64,000 bases of DNA from Octopus vulgaris (lineage: Eukaryota): the NCBI GenBank assembly GCA_951406725.2, contig OX597815.1, positions 3,162,001-3,226,000 on the forward strand. The letters are read 5' to 3'. Position 1 is the stretch's first letter; the number at the start of each line of letters is the position of its first letter. The translations under genes and the position numbers were made by a program. The notes under the pieces were generated by a model, which saw only the letters and a program-made list of their open reading frames with translations, did not search any database and had not been told where the DNA came from. Shown here piece by piece: positions 26,710-40,974 of the stretch.

Positions 26710-27080
26710 TTCTTTCTACTTTAGGCACAAGACCTGGATTTTTTGGTGAGAACAGTCGATCACATCGATCCCAGTACTCAACTGGTACTTCATTTATCGA
26801 CCCCGAAAGGATAAAAGGCAAAGTCGACCTCGGCGGAATTTGAACTCAGAACGTAAAGACGGAAGAAACGCCACTCAGCATTTTGTCCGACGCACCACCT
26901 TGATATTAAAACGCATCTTTTATTTAGGCAAAAGGGCAGTATTTCTGACGGGAAGGGGTTAGTCGATGCCATTGAGCCCAGTATTTGACTGATATTTTAT
27001 TGTCTCCACCCCAGAAAGATGAAAGGTAAAGTTGGCTTCGGTGGGATTTGAAACCCGAAGGTAAAGACTGAGATCGAATA
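26710..27080 (-). mobile_element. Two SINE family B copies
   Basis: Family B cores. Confidence 0.8.
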
Positions 27081-27718
27081 CAGGAGCAGGGCATCATTTC
27101 CGCTCCTCAAATGATGATGACGGGGGTTATCTTAACACAAGACCAGATATTTCTAGAGGAGGAAAAAAAAACTTCAGTTTATAAAACGGCCATTCTCAGA
27201 ACATCCGTTCCCTACCCACTTCTATGCCACCAACTAATATTTCCACCCGTCCCTACTCTGAATGACGGCCCCCAAATCAATTCCACCCCCTTCCCTAAAA
27301 ATAAAACAACGTGTCGACAGTTTTACTCCACCCTCCAACGTCTGCTGCGTATGTTTCTTTCTTTCTTTTCCTTTCCTTCTGACTGGTACCTAACTCCCAG
27401 CACCGTCAGCAGACGTCACTTCCGGCTTAATTTACTCTAATTACAGGGGTCACAAAACACTCCCTGTTAATTACATTCTTCCAACCCTTAAACCTTAATT
27501 GAGTCCTTTATCTTTTATTCACCTTTCTTTATTTCATCTTTTATTCTTTCGATTACTTTTTATTTCCAAATTAATTAAGTTTATCTTTCATTCTGATTTC
27601 ATTCTCGAAATTATTAATTTTTTTACAGTTTATCGACGTTCTTTGTTTTATGTTGTTGCTGTTGCTGTTGCTGATGTACGGTACGGTGACAATCACACAC
27701 ATATATATGATTACCCCC

Positions 27719-27774
<56 letters not shown>

Positions 27775-27789
27775 TATATACTCTTTACT

Positions 27790-28005
27790 CTTTTACTCTT
27801 TTACTTGTTTCAGTCATTTGACTGCGGTCATGCTGGAGCACCGCCTTTAATCAAGCAACTCGACCCCGGGACTTATTCTTTTGTAAGCCCAGTACTTATT
27901 CTATCGGTCTCTTTTGCCGAACCGCTAAGTAACGGGGACATAAACACACCAGCATCGGTTGTCAAGCAATGCTAAGGGACAAACACAGACACACAAACAC
28001 ACATA

Positions 28006-28010
<5 letters not shown>
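27790..28010 (-). mobile_element. SINE family A tail half
   Basis: Family A tail motif. Confidence 0.85.
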
Positions 28011-28059
<49 letters not shown>

Positions 28060-28062
<3 letters not shown>

Positions 28063-28190
28063 TAGTTGGAATTTATAGAAAAAAGATGAAGATGGGCGTG
28101 TAAACACAAACAGGTGTATTAGTTTAACGCTCGGGAAGTGAAAAAGTCTCTTACGTTTCGAGCCTACGCTCTTCAATAGAAAGGAATATA
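28060..28190 (-). mobile_element. Short pLTR-like unit with minimal hammerhead (28148-28183)
   Basis: cttt-CTATTGA-A-GAGC-gtag-GCTC-GAAAC-GTA-agag. Confidence 0.65.
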
Positions 28191-28474
28191 TACATACATA
28201 AACACACACACACACACACATACATACATACATATATATATATATATGTATGTAGGTCGGCTGGTGGGGCAGTAATAGTTCAACGCTATAGAGGGTGGGA
28301 GAATTGTGTAATTCACGAGGGTTTAATCAGCTCAACTCCTAGTGTACTTATGTGTGTTTGTGTTTGAGTGTGTGTGTCTTTCTGTCTGTGTGTCTGTGTG
28401 TGTTTGTATGTGAGAGAGGGGGAAGAGGGAGACAGAGAGGATATGAGAGACAGACACTTATAATATCTTCATGT

Positions 28475-29005
<531 letters not shown>

Positions 29006-29442
29006 TCCTTTTATTACTCCTTAATCTCTTTCGAACGGTCCCTTCCCCGTCGTTCCCATTGTTCTTCCATGAATGCTTGACAAACCCCGGTCCTTAAATG
29101 TTACCCTAACACACCTTCTGGCCGTTGTATCATGTCACAAATCACAACACAGCCTCCCCACGTGGCCCTTTGTCAAACACATAATACAACACACTTTCTT
29201 TCTCCTCCTACTTCTACTCCTCCCACATTATCATCCCACCCCTTTTTTTTATAGCCAGCGCTCCCATGACTCTTTTTCTTCTTTTCTCTCGCTCCTCCTC
29301 CTCTCTCTCTTTCTCTCTCTCTTCCCTCTCCCCTCTCTCTCTCTCTCTTTATATTTAACTTTCTCGTTTTTCTGCTATTTCATTATTGTTATTGACGATG
29401 CACGCTTTGTTATTGTTTCTACCGTTTTGTTGTTGTTGTTGC

Positions 29443-29489
<47 letters not shown>

Positions 29490-29494
<5 letters not shown>

Positions 29495-29844
29495 TCCGCC
29501 TTAGTGAAAGCGGGGGTATTGTTTTTAGTCATGTTTGTTTGTGTGTTCGTGGACAAGATATCTCAAGAACCCCTGGGTGGATTCGGATGAAACTTTCAGG
29601 GATGTTTGGCCTTGTGACTGACACAAATTGATTAGATTTTGAGATCGATCCAGAACCGGACAAGGATTCTGGATTATTTTTCAGGTTCTTTTTTTACTTA
29701 ATTGTTGAGAGTTGTCGGGTTCATTTTTAATATTCTCGTTTGGTAGAGCAGTCGAGTCTATTTCAGATATTCTCATTTTAAAAATCGTTTAGAGGAAGGT
29801 GATGCTACCTTGGTGGAGGTTTGTGCCCTCTGAGTACTCTTGTT
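29490..29844 (+). mobile_element. HINE/DINE-1-like (Helentron-associated) element
   Basis: Subterminal IR ACCTCCGCC (29492) / GGTGGAGGT (29812), (GTTT)n, 3' GTGCCCTCTGAGTAC hairpin, TT flanks; partial copy at 30740-30910. Confidence 0.7.
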
Positions 29845-30294
29845 ATTATTATTATTATTGAGAGAGCTGTACACGCCATCGGAGTCCAATAGGCCGATCA
29901 TAACTACCCGTCTGAAAAGGGTATATCAAGCACATTGTATAACATTGGGGGGACATGGTGACTTCATATCAAGATCAACCGCGCATTACCTTGCAGGTAG
30001 GGGCCCAGTTAGGATTTTCTTGCTCAAAGGGTTTCTGAATAAGGGTTGTTTAAATTTCATGAACGAAACACCGATGTTTCCAGAAGTGTGTTATTCAAAC
30101 CCCAAACAATTTCCCTCAATACATGGCTATGATGCTTCCCTACTACGCTTACTCTTGATCACAGATACACACATTGTCAGCCATTATGGGACCTGCCCAC
30201 TGGTTAAGATCAACCAACGAGCGAATCTGCTGTATTGAGCGGCGAATTTTCAGCAGCACATTTTTACACTAAGACAAACATGTACATAGGAGGG

Positions 30295-30677
30295 AAGCAC
30301 TCCGTCGGTTACGACGACGAGGGTCCCGGTTGATCCGAATCAACGGAACAGCCTGCTCGTGAAATTAACGTGTAAGTGGCTGAGCACTCCACAGACACGT
30401 GCACCCTTAACGTAGTTCTCGGGGATATTCAGCGTGACACAGAGAGTGACAAGGCCGGCCCCTTGAAATGCAGGTACAACAGAAACAGGAAGTAAGAGTG
30501 AGAGAAAGTTGTGGTGAAAGAGTACAGCAGGGATCACCACCATCCCCTGCCGGAGCCTCGTGGAGCTTTTAGGTGTTTTCGCTCAATAAACACTCACAAC
30601 GCCCGGTCTGGGAATCGAAACCGCGATCCTATGACCGCGAGTCCGCTGCCCTAACCACTGGGCCATTGCACCTCCAA
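30295..30677 (-). mobile_element. SINE family D, tRNA(Arg)-like head
   Basis: TGGCCCAGTGGTTAGGGCAGCGGACTCGCGGTC...GGTTTCGATTCC; tail also at 16790 and 39119. Confidence 0.85.
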
Positions 30678-30921
30678 TAAACATGTACATAACACGGTTA
30701 AGATCAGAAGACATAAGAGCCATTATCTGGTGCTGTGAGGTTATTATATATAGGAATTTTCTTCTGTCGTGTTTGTTTGTTCGTGGACGAGATATCTCAA
30801 GAACCGCTTCATGGATTCGGATGAAACTTTCAGTGATGTTTGGTCTCGTGACTGGCACAAACTGATTAGATTTGGGGATCGATCCAGTACCGGACAAGGA
30901 TTCTGGTTATTATTATTATTA

Positions 30922-30992
<71 letters not shown>

Positions 30993-31135
30993 GTTATTAT
31001 TAATATGTTTGACTTTTGCTTTACATTTGTACAAGTTGGCTCCAAGTCTCACCCAGAGACCTCAAGAGACAACAGGCTGGAAGTTCATGCTGGTGTTATG
31101 CCTAGGGTGCCATATATTTGGTTTTGTATTTAGTG

Positions 31136-31193
<58 letters not shown>

Positions 31194-31221
31194 TGTTGTT
31201 GTTGTTGTTATTGTTGTTGTT

Positions 31222-31780
31222 GAGTGAGAGAGCAGTGCATGCCATCAAAGTGACACTGGGATAAAATATACGAAACCCAGTATACCCGTCATGACTAACC
31301 GTCGGATAAGGGTACACCAGGCACATGCATCACAACCATGTGTGCGTGACATGGTGATTTCATATCAAGATAAACAGCACATGACCTTCCAGGTGGAGCC
31401 CAGTTAGAATTTTCGTCAGATCGTGTAGACCATCCCAAACAAAAGGTCCCTGAATAAGGGTTGTTTAAAGATGTTCAACGAAACACTCATGTTTTCAAAG
31501 CTGAATTATCCAAAATCCAAAGAATCCCTCTCAATACATGGCTACGATGCCACCCCCACTACTTCTGCTCGTGATCAGAGATGCACATATTGTCAGCCAC
31601 TAAGGGACATGCTCAACTGGTTACGGTCAAACAACTGACAAGCAAATCTGTGGTATTGAGCAGAATATTTGCTGTAGCCCATCTTTTATACCAAGACAAA
31701 ACAATGGACATAATAACACTTCCAATCAGTTAAGATCAGAAGCCATGAGAGCCACTGCCTGGTACTGCATCAGGGCATTT
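31222..31780 (-). mobile_element. Family E element, full copy
   Basis: Reverse complement of 12844-13383; (TTA)/(TTG)n flanks. Confidence 0.85.
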
Positions 31781-31800
31781 ATTATCATTATTATTATTAT

Positions 31801-31848
<48 letters not shown>

Positions 31849-32676
31849 CATTGTTGTTGTTGTTGCTGTTGTTATTGTTGTTGTTATTATTATTACTGTT
31901 ATTTAGAATAAATTGATGTTGGTCTCAGAGTTTAGCACAAGGCCAGCAAGTATTAACATCGACTCCAGTGCATAACTGGTACTTATTTTATTGACCCTGA
32001 AAGACGAAAGGCAAAGTGCACCTCAGCTGAATTTGAACTCAGAACGTAAAGCATTTTGCCTGGCGCGGTAACAACTTCATCAATTATTAAACATTTTAGC
32101 CTAAACTATTTGACTGATGTCTAAGTTAGTCTTCTGGCTCCACACCGGTTTTGTTTTAAACAGAGATTTTGTCAAACACACTAACACACCGACGGTAGCG
32201 CCACCGCAACCACCGCCATTACATCTAACACCAAACACTGCTATCATCATCATCACCACCATAGACAACAGTAACCACACTTCAAGCCTCCAGTCCTTCC
32301 ATTCCACCACCACCACCATTACCACCACCACCACCACTACCAATCCAACCTACGCTACAGCCACCATTATTATGTCCGTCTGTTAGCTTTCGCTAGGCAA
32401 CACCGCCACACCGCCGCTACACCACCGCCACACCGCCGCCACACCGCCGGCACACCACACCACCGCCACACCGCCGTCACACCATCGCCACTCCGCCGCC
32501 ACACCACCGCCACCTTCAACTAAACAACGGCCCACGTTGGGTGTATAATAACCATGAATAAATTTGCTTAGGCAAATGATGTTCAATTCGGGTAATAACA
32601 CCCTACTACTGTTACCTCCCCTTGTTTTCTTTTCTCCTCTAATAACTCTCTATTATCTCCCCTTGAAACCTCCCCT

Positions 32677-32712
<36 letters not shown>

Positions 32713-32791
32713 TCTCTCTCTCGAATCGGGTGCTTTGCAATTTGGTGTTTGTTTTCTACAATAAAACCGTTGAAAGCTTTTAGTGATATGA

Positions 32792-32822
<31 letters not shown>

Positions 32823-33039
32823 GCAGCAACATTAATTGCAATAACAACAACAAAAGAAGAGGGAAAATAAAAATCAGTTCCAAAATAAATACAAGACAGA
32901 AATAAGAAAATCAACAACAACAACAACAACAACAACAGCGCCAATGGAAAGGTTTCATAACAAAAAGAACTTCACTTTGAAAACAACAGCAACATCACCA
33001 TCACCATCATCACCACTATCACCATCACCTTCACAAATA

Positions 33040-34880
33040 TCTTATTTCTTTATTGCCCACAAGGAGCTAAACATAGAGGGGACAAACAAGGACAGACAGA
33101 CGGATTAAGTCGATTACATCGACCCCAGTGCGTAACTGGTACTTATTTAATCGACCCCGAAAGGATGAAAGGCAAAGTTGACCTCGGCGGAATTTGAACT
33201 CAGAACGTATCGGCAGACGAAATAACTATGTCTTTACTACCCAAAAGGGGCTAAACACAAAGGACAAACAAGGACAGACAAACGGATTAAGTCGATTACA
33301 TCGACCCCCGAAAGGAAGAAAAGCAAAGTCGACCTCGGCGGAATTTGAACTCACAACGTAATGGCAGACGAAATATCTATTTCTTTACTACCCACAAGGG
33401 GCTAAACACAGAGGAGACAAACAAGGACAGACAAACGGATTAAGTCGTTTACATCGACCCCAGTGCGTAACTGGTACTTATTTAATCGACCCCGAAAGGA
33501 TGAAAGGCAAAGTCGACCTGGGCGGAATTTGAACTCAGAACGTAGCGGCAGACGAAGTACCGCTTGGCATTTCGCCCGGCGTGCTAACGTTTCTGCCAGC
33601 TTACCGCCTCACAACTATCGCCCCCACCGCCACCATCATCAGTGTTTCCTAACTACAATAGTAACAATATGAACAACAAAAATATTGGTTTTAAATTTTG
33701 CCCCAAGTCCAGCAGCTTCGAGGGAGGGCAAAAGTCGATTGCATCGACTCCAGTACACAACTGGTACTTATTTTATCGACCCCTGAAATAATAAAAGGCA
33801 ACGTTGATCGCAGTGGAATTTAAACTGTGAACGTAAAGCCGGACGAAATGCGTGTAAGGATCTTGTCCGGCGTATGAACGATTCTACCAGTTGACCACCA
33901 TATGAAGAAGAGTATGAATGATGGCTTACATAGTGACATGGTCACACATTCTAGAAGGAACAGATTATATGTAACAGATTATATGGACCTCAGTATTTAA
34001 CTGGTACTTTATCTCATCAATCCTGAAACGATGACAGACCGTCGTCCCACAAGCTTAAATTATAATGCATTAATGTTAATAACCCTTTTTATTATAGGCA
34101 CAAGGCCTGACGTTTTTAGGGGGAATGGAGTTAGTCGATTACAATGCCCCCAGAATTTCATTGGCGCCTAATTTATTGACCCCGAAAAGATGAAAAGCAA
34201 AGCCGACCTCGGCGGCATTTGAACTCAGAAAGTAGCAACGGGCATTTCGTCCAGCGTGCTAACGATTCTGCCAGCTCGCCACCTTACATTAATATTCGTT
34301 TCTACTCTAGGCACAAGGCCCGGAATTTTTGGAAAAAGGGGCCAGTCGATAAGATCGACCCCAGTGTTTTACCGGTACTTAATTTATCGATCCCAAAAGG
34401 TTGAAAGGTAAAGCCGACCTCGGTGGAATTTGAACTAAGGACGTACCAACGGACGAACTACCCCTAAGCATTTCGTCCAACGCGCTAACGATTCTGCCAG
34501 TTTTCCACCTTACATTAATATTAATAACACAAACAATATTTTATTTAGTGCAGTGGACAATGTGCTTCGTGACATTTTCCCGCTAAGTTCTGAGTTCAAA
34601 TAGCGCTGATGTTGACGCTGCTTTTTATCCTTTCGACGTCAATAAAATAATAGCCAGATAAGTGCCCCTCCCCCACGGCTTCAGGACTTGTGCTTATAGT
34701 AGGGAGCATTATTATTATTATTATTAGTATAAAGGTGGCAAGCTGGCAGAATCGTCAAAGCATCGGACAAAATGCTTAGCGACATTTGCTCCGGTTCTTG
34801 ACGTTCAAATCAACTTAGATTTTCATCGTTTCGGGGTGCGTGTAATCGTTTAACTCTTTCCCCTTAAAATTGCTGGCCCT
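33040..34880. mobile_element. Dense SINE family B cluster (minus trimer 33040-33610 plus about 5 monomers in both orientations)
   Basis: Repeated family B cores. Confidence 0.85.
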
Positions 34881-35610
34881 TAGCTTCCACCACGGCCTCA
34901 AAACGTTTCCTGAACTTGGTGCATGCGTTCCTTACTGTATCCTTGGGAAGATCTACAAACACCTCCTTGACCTTGGTCACCTACTTGACCTTGGTCACCA
35001 ACTTGGCCTTGATACTGCAGGGAGATCGGTTGTCTTTGTCAGCCGCACCCCACGTATAGTAATGCGTGGGATTACAATCAGCGGAATCAGGTGACCAGAA
35101 ACTGGGGCGGGTGACGTCCTAGAAATTCTACGACAACAATTTCTGAATCTTTCTGGAGGTATGGTAACAAGCCCAATCCTACTGCCACAGATATGGCTTT
35201 CCACCAGCAACCACCCCTCTTCGGCCAGGATTTGGCCACAGTCTCTAGTAGCTCCTCATAGCCATCTGGATCGAGCCTAACAATGAATTCCAGCGTACAG
35301 ACTCAGTCAGAACGTTTACCGTGTCCGTTCCTGGCCACGGTTTCGTAGTCACCGCTGCAGCTATCCAGGTCACGTCATAAAGAGCTCTCTGTGCAGAAGT
35401 CAAGATGTCACCATTTTGATACCCAATGCGAAATGATTCAGAAAACTCTTTCCCAATTTCCAGACGGCTTCCGATCCTTCATCTCAGTTAACATTTTCTC
35501 TCCTACAACTTTAATACTTATGCTTCCTAATGCCGTTCACTCTTCACCAATGACCAGTACATCAAGCTGTTCCCGAAAAAGGAGACACAGGAACCGTCAA
35601 ATGTAGCCCG
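34875..35610 (-). pseudogene. Tc1/mariner maT(DD37D)-like transposase relic
   Basis: Minus translation DWACYHTSRKIQ..SADCNP..YYTWG..LPKDTVRNACTKFRKRFEAVVEAKG; 18-bp internal tandem duplication at ~34965-35005. Confidence 0.7.
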
Positions 35611-35649
35611 AACATCCTCCGCGAGCGCGCGCGTGTGTATAAACGTATA

Positions 35650-35765
35650 TACATCATCATCATCCGGTTGTGCTTATTGCACGGATCGTCGTGACTCGTT
35701 CGTTTTCTCCAATCTGTCCGGTCCTCCATTGCGTGTGGTGGGTCTCCAGGGATGCACTCGGAATC
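35650..35765 (-). mobile_element. Extreme 3' end of an RTE-like LINE with (GAT)n tail
   Basis: AMEDRTDWRKR...TTG* then GATGATGATG. Confidence 0.55.
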
Positions 35766-35796
35766 TCTCAGTTGCTTTATGTATATTCGATGTGGT

Positions 35797-35840
<44 letters not shown>

Positions 35841-35841
<1 letters not shown>

Positions 35842-36540
35842 TTCTTCTCTGTTTGTTGTAGCCCATGTTTCACTACCATATAGTTTTGCAGGTAGAACTG
35901 TACAGTTGATGAGGTTGGCGCGGGTGGTCCTGTCCAACTTTCCCTCGAGCACATCCCTTATGCCATTGAATGCCTTCCATCCGGCCCTTACTCTCCGTGA
36001 GATCTCCTTTTTGATATCTCGGCACATATTCACTTCCTGTCCCAGGTAGACATATTCCTTTACCTCCTCTATTTCATCACTGCCGATCACCACTTGACCT
36101 GTTGGTACGTTGTCTGACTGCATGAACTTCGTTTTCATGCGGTTCATCTTGAGACCTACTGCAGAGATTGGTAACGGCTCAAAGAGCCATGGAGAGGTCA
36201 GTGCTTGAAATTTCGTTGAGAGACAGAGCACATCAGTAGCGAGGTCATCAAGAGAAGTCCGGCGTGAGGGATGTCATCGTAGAATATACACGCAGGAAGT
36301 TTAGATGGGCTGGACACGTCGCCCGGCTCACCGATAATCGGTGGACCCGCGCAGCTGTCGAGTGGTACACGCGCGAGCGGAAACGACTACTCGGAAGGCC
36401 TCCACGACGGTGGAGTTACGATTTCAGGAGGGCGATTGGGATCACATGGATGAGAAAGGCACGATCCAGAGAGGAGTGGACAGCGTGCTGTGACCATCGG
36501 TGTGAAATGGACGCCCGACGGACTGGTCAGTCAAGGTGAT
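35841..36540. mobile_element. RTE-clade LINE 3' fragment with inverted 5' part
   Basis: Minus: GLKMN..KTK, YVYLG, LYGSETW; plus: QRAMER, RWAGHVAR..DNRW, GRPPRRW. Confidence 0.9.
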
Positions 36541-36543
36541 ATG

Positions 36544-36624
<81 letters not shown>

Positions 36625-36650
36625 GCATGTATGTATGTATGTATGTATTA

Positions 36651-36874
36651 CCTTCCGGTCTTTCAAAATGTGACCTCGTGTGTACCGTTGGCGATTTTTT
36701 TCCTCTGTCTTCCCTTCTCTGGATCTTTCCTTCTCCTATGTTTCCGACGAAGAGCTCCGCTCGAAACGTTAAACCCTCCTTTTTTCCTTCTTTCCTGAGC
36801 GTCCAATAATACTATATTTGTTCCACGCCCTCGCGTTGTTGTGTTTTTTTTTGTGCTTCCTTGTTTGGATTAAA

Positions 36875-36880
<6 letters not shown>
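36651..36880 (+). mobile_element. Short pLTR-like unit with minimal hammerhead (36740-36774)
   Basis: gttt-CCGACGA-A-GAGC-tcc-GCTC-GAAAC-GTT-aaac. Confidence 0.65.
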
Positions 36881-36923
<43 letters not shown>

Positions 36924-37515
36924 GTGCGTGTGTGTGTGTGTGTGTGTTTTGTACCTATATGGTACAAAACATACTTGTACGTCACAGTGTCTATTCGTAA
37001 AATACAGAGCTACGCCGTCCATTGGTGTACATTTATATTTTCTATTTCAACCATCTTTCTTAACTCATGATGGTCTTTTCGATGTTTTTCCTTCACTTCG
37101 TTTACAGTTTTTTTGCAAAATATATATCCATGTTTTCCGCCTTGGCTTTTTACAGAATTTCACCCCTACCACCACCACCACCACCACGCTTTTTTGTTGC
37201 TGTTTCTGATGGTTTCTTTCCCTTTACATCCTTTAGTATTTGCTTATTCGCCTCAATTCTTTCCTTCTTTATTTCTTTGGTTGAGAAGTTGACGGTCTGA
37301 TTAGTCGAATGAATGAGAGAGAGATTATGAAACAACTAGTAATAAAGAGACGTGAAAAATATATATTATTTTTTGATGTGTATGTATATGTATGTATGTA
37401 TGTGGTTTATTTCTTTTTATACATGCTGAAATAAATCTAAAAAAAAAAAAACATCAGCTATATTTTGTTTTGAAATTTGTGTTTATAAATGGTTCGATCA
37501 AAAACAAAATACAGA

Positions 37516-37576
<61 letters not shown>

Positions 37577-38238
37577 TGCAAAAAAAAAAGGGAGAAAAGT
37601 TGAAAAATCTAAAATGAGATTCGAAAAAACGAACACAAACTATGGTAAAACTGCAGCGGCAGCAACGTTGTGCAGATGTTCCAAACAAGAAATTCAATCA
37701 AAATTCTGTATCAAAATTCAAAAATTGGAAGCCATTTCGACCATATATAGAATTTGCTATAATTATTCGAACAGATACAAATGAGAAATCACGTTGGAAT
37801 TGAATATAAAAGGAACTAAGATAAGAACGTGATTGAATAAAGGCGCTTCGAAAATTGGCTGTGGGTCACAGATAAAAAAAAAATAGTGTTAGAAAAATCG
37901 ATTTCTTTCTGGAAAACTTAGTAAAAGACGATAGTGATGGCGATGAAATTGTAAGAAAGAAACAACCACGATGTTTGTAAGTTCGATGAGGTGGTTGGTG
38001 GAGACAAATGATAACTACAACGACGATGACGATAATATTGATAGCAACGTAGTCGGTGGCAGACGACATCGCAAATACAGACGACAGCATCTCTGTAAGC
38101 AAAAACAAACATGGTTTCAAGGTAGACGAAGAATGATAAGAAGATAAGACGTGCAAAGATGAAAACTTTATGGACATTATATTGTTTTTATGGATGAAAG
38201 AAAGGAGAAAAATGTGAACTAAAATAAAATTAATTAAT

Positions 38239-38581
38239 TTAAATTGGGAAAAATAAATATTAATAACTATTCACTGAAAATTTCTTCAAATATTTTTATA
38301 GTTTTGATGGGGTTTGTTTTTGCGGAATTATGGAATTTATGTAAGAAATGTCTTCTTTTTTTTATGTTTTTTGATGCTACTTTCCTTTATCGTTTTCCAA
38401 ATTTCAATATGAATTTTCTTCAAAAATTATAAATAGTTTTCTTATCCAAGACTGCAACTTTCTGTAAAATTTGTAAAGGAGTATATTTTTCATATGAACA
38501 GAAGATGAGAAAATGGAAAAACATTATTTTACTCTGAACTTTGTTTATTTCTTTCTCATCCTCAGCATCTCTCTCTCTCTT

Positions 38582-38638
<57 letters not shown>

Positions 38639-39397
38639 TTCTTTCTTTCCTCTTCGCCCTCCGCTTTCTCTCTATTCCTTTCTATGTTTCTCATTCCCTC
38701 TGTCTTTTCTCTCGCTTTTTCTCTCTCCCTGTCTCCTATTTTCTCTCTTTTTGTCTCTCCCTCTCACACACACACTCTCTCTCTCTCCCTCATTTGTCGT
38801 AAAAATATTTCAGGATTTACACGAAAATCAACATTTTAAGACTTTTACAATCCACTGTTATTTAAGTTTGTTTATTGTGGTATTAATAACTTTGTGTATC
38901 TGACGAATTTACATCAAAAACTAAAAGTCTGAAGCATCAAAAATACGAGATTTCCTGTGAAAAGAAATAATATTTTGATTCCTACTTCAATGTTTTGTTC
39001 CATCGTATGAATTATGATCAATTCAACAAATTTTGATTTCTTTTATACTTGAGTATTTTCACTTTGTGTGCGTGTGTATCCGTGTATGCGTAAAAATATG
39101 TAAACGTATTTAAAAACTGGCACTTCGTCGGTTACAACGATGAGTGGACTCCGACCAACGGAACAACCCGCTCGAGAAATTAACGTGGAAATGATTCAGC
39201 GCTCCACGGACATAATATGCAGTGCTTGCAGGGACACCAGAACGGTTTGGTGTCACAAACATACTAAGAAGACATTGATTTCATGTAATAATAAGTCTAA
39301 AGTAAGTCTATCTCTCACTTAAATGTATCCAAAAGAAAAATTTTAAACTGTAAAATACATTAAGTACGAATATTAATATCAAAGGGCGAAGGAAAAG

Positions 39398-39490
<93 letters not shown>

Positions 39491-40211
39491 TGGTGATGAG
39501 AAAGAAATAAACAAAGTTCAGAGTAAAATAATGTTTTTCCAGTTTCTCATCTTCTGTTCATATGAAAAATATACTCCTTTACAAATTTTACAGAAAGTTG
39601 CAGTCATGGATAAGAAAACTATTTATAATTTTTGAAGAAAATTCATATTGAAATTTAGAAAACGATAAAAGAAAGTAGCATCATAAAAATATAAAAAAAG
39701 AAGACATTTCTTACATAATTTCCATAATTCCGCAAAAACAAACCCCATCAAAACTATAAAAATACTAGCAGTATCGCCCGGCGTTGCTCGGGTTTGTTTC
39801 GTCCCTTTAGAATTTGAATTTTTGAAAAGTAAAAATTTTGCATTATGTAGCTTGTTATTCTCTTTAAGTGAACATTTTTGGGGTTGAAATACACCGAAAA
39901 ATGGCGACACAGCAGTAAAAAAATCATAAAAAATAGGGATTTTCATAGAAAAAAAGCAACTTTTTGATGTAAATAATTTTTGGTGTTAACATGGTCCGAT
40001 TTGAATTTTTTCTTCTATCATACTCTCAATTTTGGTCAACTTTCGCCGCAGGGTCTTGGAGGAGATAGTGTTTGTTGAAGGCTACCAAACTTGCCATACA
40101 CAGACAACTTCAGCTTTATATATATAATAAAGAGAGAGTTAAAGAAATTTTCAGTGAATAGTTATTAATATTTATTTTTCCCAATTTAAAGTACGAATAT
40201 TAATATCAAAG
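38239..40211. repeat. Local inverted duplication: 38239-38660 copied to 39385-40190
   Basis: ~420-bp reverse-complement match; copy flanked by direct repeat AAGTACGAATATTAATATCAAAG. Confidence 0.9.
39765..40138 (-). mobile_element. Non-autonomous Helitron-like element inserted at A|T without TSD
   Basis: Same as 7610-8000; empty site preserved in the paralogous arm at ~38290. Confidence 0.9.
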
Positions 40212-40293
40212 TAAATATAGAATTATGCCCCAAATGTTTCGATTGCTACGCCGCTCTCATCAGTGGAAACAGTTGTGTATACATGCAAGAATG

Positions 40294-40372
40294 TATACGC
40301 ACAATACACTAGTTAATAACATGGAATAACTTTGAGCTATTTCATGTTATTAGCTCGTGTATTGTGCGTATA
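40294..40372 (+). other. 37-bp hairpin (pre-miRNA-sized)
   Basis: TATACGCACAATACACTAGTTAATAACATGGAATAAC / GCTATTTCATGTTATTAGCTCGTGTATTGTGCGTATA. Confidence 0.5.
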
Positions 40373-40614
40373 TCATGGTATACATATTATAAAGGGATAT
40401 ATTAAAAGATTTATTTGGAAACGTATGTGTTAAGATCTTAACTTACAGTCTAGCAGAACCATCTCCATGTAGAGAACGTATTCTAGACAAATTTGTGTTT
40501 ATATGGGGTTTCTAGAGGCGTTGTATGCAAGATTCGAGTGTCAGTCGAAAACAGGTCACTATTTCAATGATGATAACAGAATATCCCAAATAAGTAAATA
40601 AAATATTGTGTCAA

Positions 40615-40644
40615 TGTATGTATGTATGTATGTATATATGTATG

Positions 40645-40678
<34 letters not shown>

Positions 40679-40806
40679 TGTATGTATGTATGTATGTATG
40701 TATGTATGTATGTATGTATGTATGTATGTATGTATGTATGTATGTATGTATGAATGTATGTATGTATGTATGTATGTATGTATGTATGTATGTATGTATG
40801 TATGTA

Positions 40807-40887
<81 letters not shown>

Positions 40888-40890
40888 GGC
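40615..40890. repeat. (TATG)n(TG)n(GA)n compound microsatellite
   Basis: Visible. Confidence 0.95.
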
Positions 40891-40974
40891 ATATTTATAT
40901 GCATATGTGTGTAAATGTGTGGATGAGTTGGAGAGTGTATGTTGGTATATATGTATTTTGGTAGATATGTACAG

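Noticed and set aside
30600-30677. tRNA-like sequences (also 1344, 19765, 53706, 61110-61260)
   Set aside because: A/B boxes run into SINE bodies; no proper acceptor stem, so not tRNA genes
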